NCBI GenBank assembly: GCA_964016885.1
Contig: OZ024763.1
Location: 19,902,001 to 19,966,000 of the forward strand
DNA length: 64,000 nt
Direction of reading: 5' to 3'
Source of the DNA: Eledone cirrhosa
Lineage: Eukaryota
Below the pieces are notes generated by a model. The model worked only from the letters and a program-made list of their open reading frames with translations. It searched no databases and had not been told where the DNA came from. This document shows, piece after piece, positions 62,452 through 64,000 of the stretch. The first letter of the stretch is position 1. Each line of letters opens with the position of its first letter. The translations under genes were made by a program, and so were the position numbers.

Positions 62452-63652
62452 TTGTTACATAATAAGGTGGTTTCCGAGGCAATCCAAATTGAATCGACAT
62501 GGGAACGGATGAAGTTCGTGCTTTTGGGTTTTTCATCCGTTCCCTTGTGAGTACCAATTCACCCCCACCGGTCTGCGCAAGCGCATGTCCGAAGGAAGTT
62601 GACCATTAGCACCGCAGATTTCAATGAAATTCGCTGTCAGTGGCCCACCTATGCCTTGCTAAAGTTTACTGCTACCCATCGCTACTGTGGCAGTCAGCCG
62701 AAAGCCAGAGGGGATGGGAGGGTGTTAGTTTTTATAGGTCATAATACTACCTTTCACTAGGCGTTGACAGTAAGACTGACCATCAACTCATAAGGGAAAA
62801 TAAACTTAATTCTAGGTACTATGGTTTTACATAGTAAGTTAAGAGTGAGAGGTGGGAATAAAAATTAAAATTAAAAGTTAAAATCCTAAATCAAATATCA
62901 GAGATTATAAATTAAACAATAAAGAATTCAAAAATTCTAAATTTTAAAATTTTTTTCAAGTGATAATTCGGATTAAGTAAAGATATAGATTGAAGTGAGT
63001 AAATAATATGGAGAGAGATGTTTAAGTAATATGTTCTGGGAGGGATTCTAGTGTTACAGATATTGAACGGCAGTGTCGTACATTATAACGTAGGGCAAAC
63101 CACATGGTTCAAGGCATTAGTCAATCCGTTACACGGTCATACTTTCCATCACATGGAACAGAGTCAAAGAAAAACAGATATACAGTACACAAAAGAAAAG
63201 AAAAGGACAGAGACGATAGTGAATAAATGCAAAAACTCAGAGTACATATATGTAAAATGATCCATATGATTGTCCCTCTGTCCGTGTATAGATTGAATTG
63301 AGGGGGCCTCTGTTCAAAAGCGATTTGGTGCAGGAAAATAGGGGTTTATCTTATTTTTTGTTTCCGCGTATTTATCCTGCCGAAAGATACTATTACGCCC
63401 GTCCAGTGTCAGGGGTTTTTCATCCCCATGGTAGAGGGGATTTCCGGGGTAGCTCTTGGTTGGTTCCTCTCTTCTCCACCATATCGGTTACATCATAGAG
63501 CGCTCAACTAATCGGAGCTTAATTATTAGGGTAAACATTGATGCAATTCAATTCAAGCACTCAACGTACTTTTTCCACATAGGAGTGACGGAGTAAATAT
63601 CAAATAAGTAAAAGCGAAGTAGTTTCAGATGTTCAAGTCCTTTAATAATAAT

Positions 63653-63726
63653 GCTGTGATATATATTTCAATGACGACACTGGCCACACTGTTCTGTGTG
63701 CGAGTGTCGTGACATCATCAGACAGC
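63653..63726 (-). ncRNA. Type I hammerhead, family H12 copy 2
   Basis: Same motif, 1275 bp from copy 1. Confidence 0.8.
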
Positions 63727-63910
63727 TTGTTACATAATAAGGTTGTTTCCGAGGCAATCCAAATTGAATCGACACGGGAACGGATGAAGTTCGTGCTTTT
63801 GGGTTTTTCATCCGTTCTCTTGTGAGTACCAATTCACCCCCACCGGTCTTCATCCGTTCCCATGTCGATTCAATTTGGATTGCCTCGGAAACAACCTTAT
63901 TATGTAACAA

Positions 63911-63984
63911 GCTGTCTGATGATGTCACGACACTCGCACACAGAACAGTGTGGCCACTGTCGTCATTGAAATATATATCACAGC
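63911..63984 (+). ncRNA. Type I hammerhead, family H12 inverted copy
   Basis: CTGATGA 63916-63922, GAAA 63968-63971, ATC ending at 63979. Confidence 0.8.
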
Positions 63985-64000
63985 ATTATTATTAAAGGAC

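Larger units (their letters stand above)
62249..64000 (-). mobile_element. Non-autonomous Penelope-like / retrozyme-like element: two 326-bp direct repeats, a ~950-bp non-coding spacer and an inverted partial repeat
   Basis: 62249-62574 is approximately equal to 63524-63849; 63849-64000 is the reverse complement of ~63637-63789; each repeat carries an HHR. Confidence 0.8.

Overview
This is AT-rich, microsatellite-laden animal DNA; the repeat content looks like a coleoid cephalopod (Octopus-like), which is an inference. It is not prokaryotic and has no CRISPR array. The only host gene I can support is a + strand DEG/ENaC (ASIC/degenerin-like) channel, seen as two phase-compatible coding exons (10321-10556 and 52378-52545) separated by a ~41.8 kb intron. 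The rest is mostly mobile DNA: about 14 5'-truncated RTE-clade LINE copies (three main subfamilies, two of which show a PHD-type C4HC3 finger inside the RT region), tRNA-derived SINEs, CR1 remnants, a piggyBac-type MITE, a probable Helitron, TE-derived minisatellites and kb-long (TA)n arrays. The main signal missing from the ORF track is about 24 type I hammerhead ribozyme (HHR) motifs in about 12 sequence families, carried by short Penelope-like (PLE) fragments sitting in (TA)n. Five occur as divergent fold-back pairs. One forms a retrozyme-like, ORF-less element with 326-bp HHR-bearing direct repeats 1275 bp apart. One family keeps a non-canonical CAGAAGA core. All RNA folds were inferred by eye, and none has been tested for activity.
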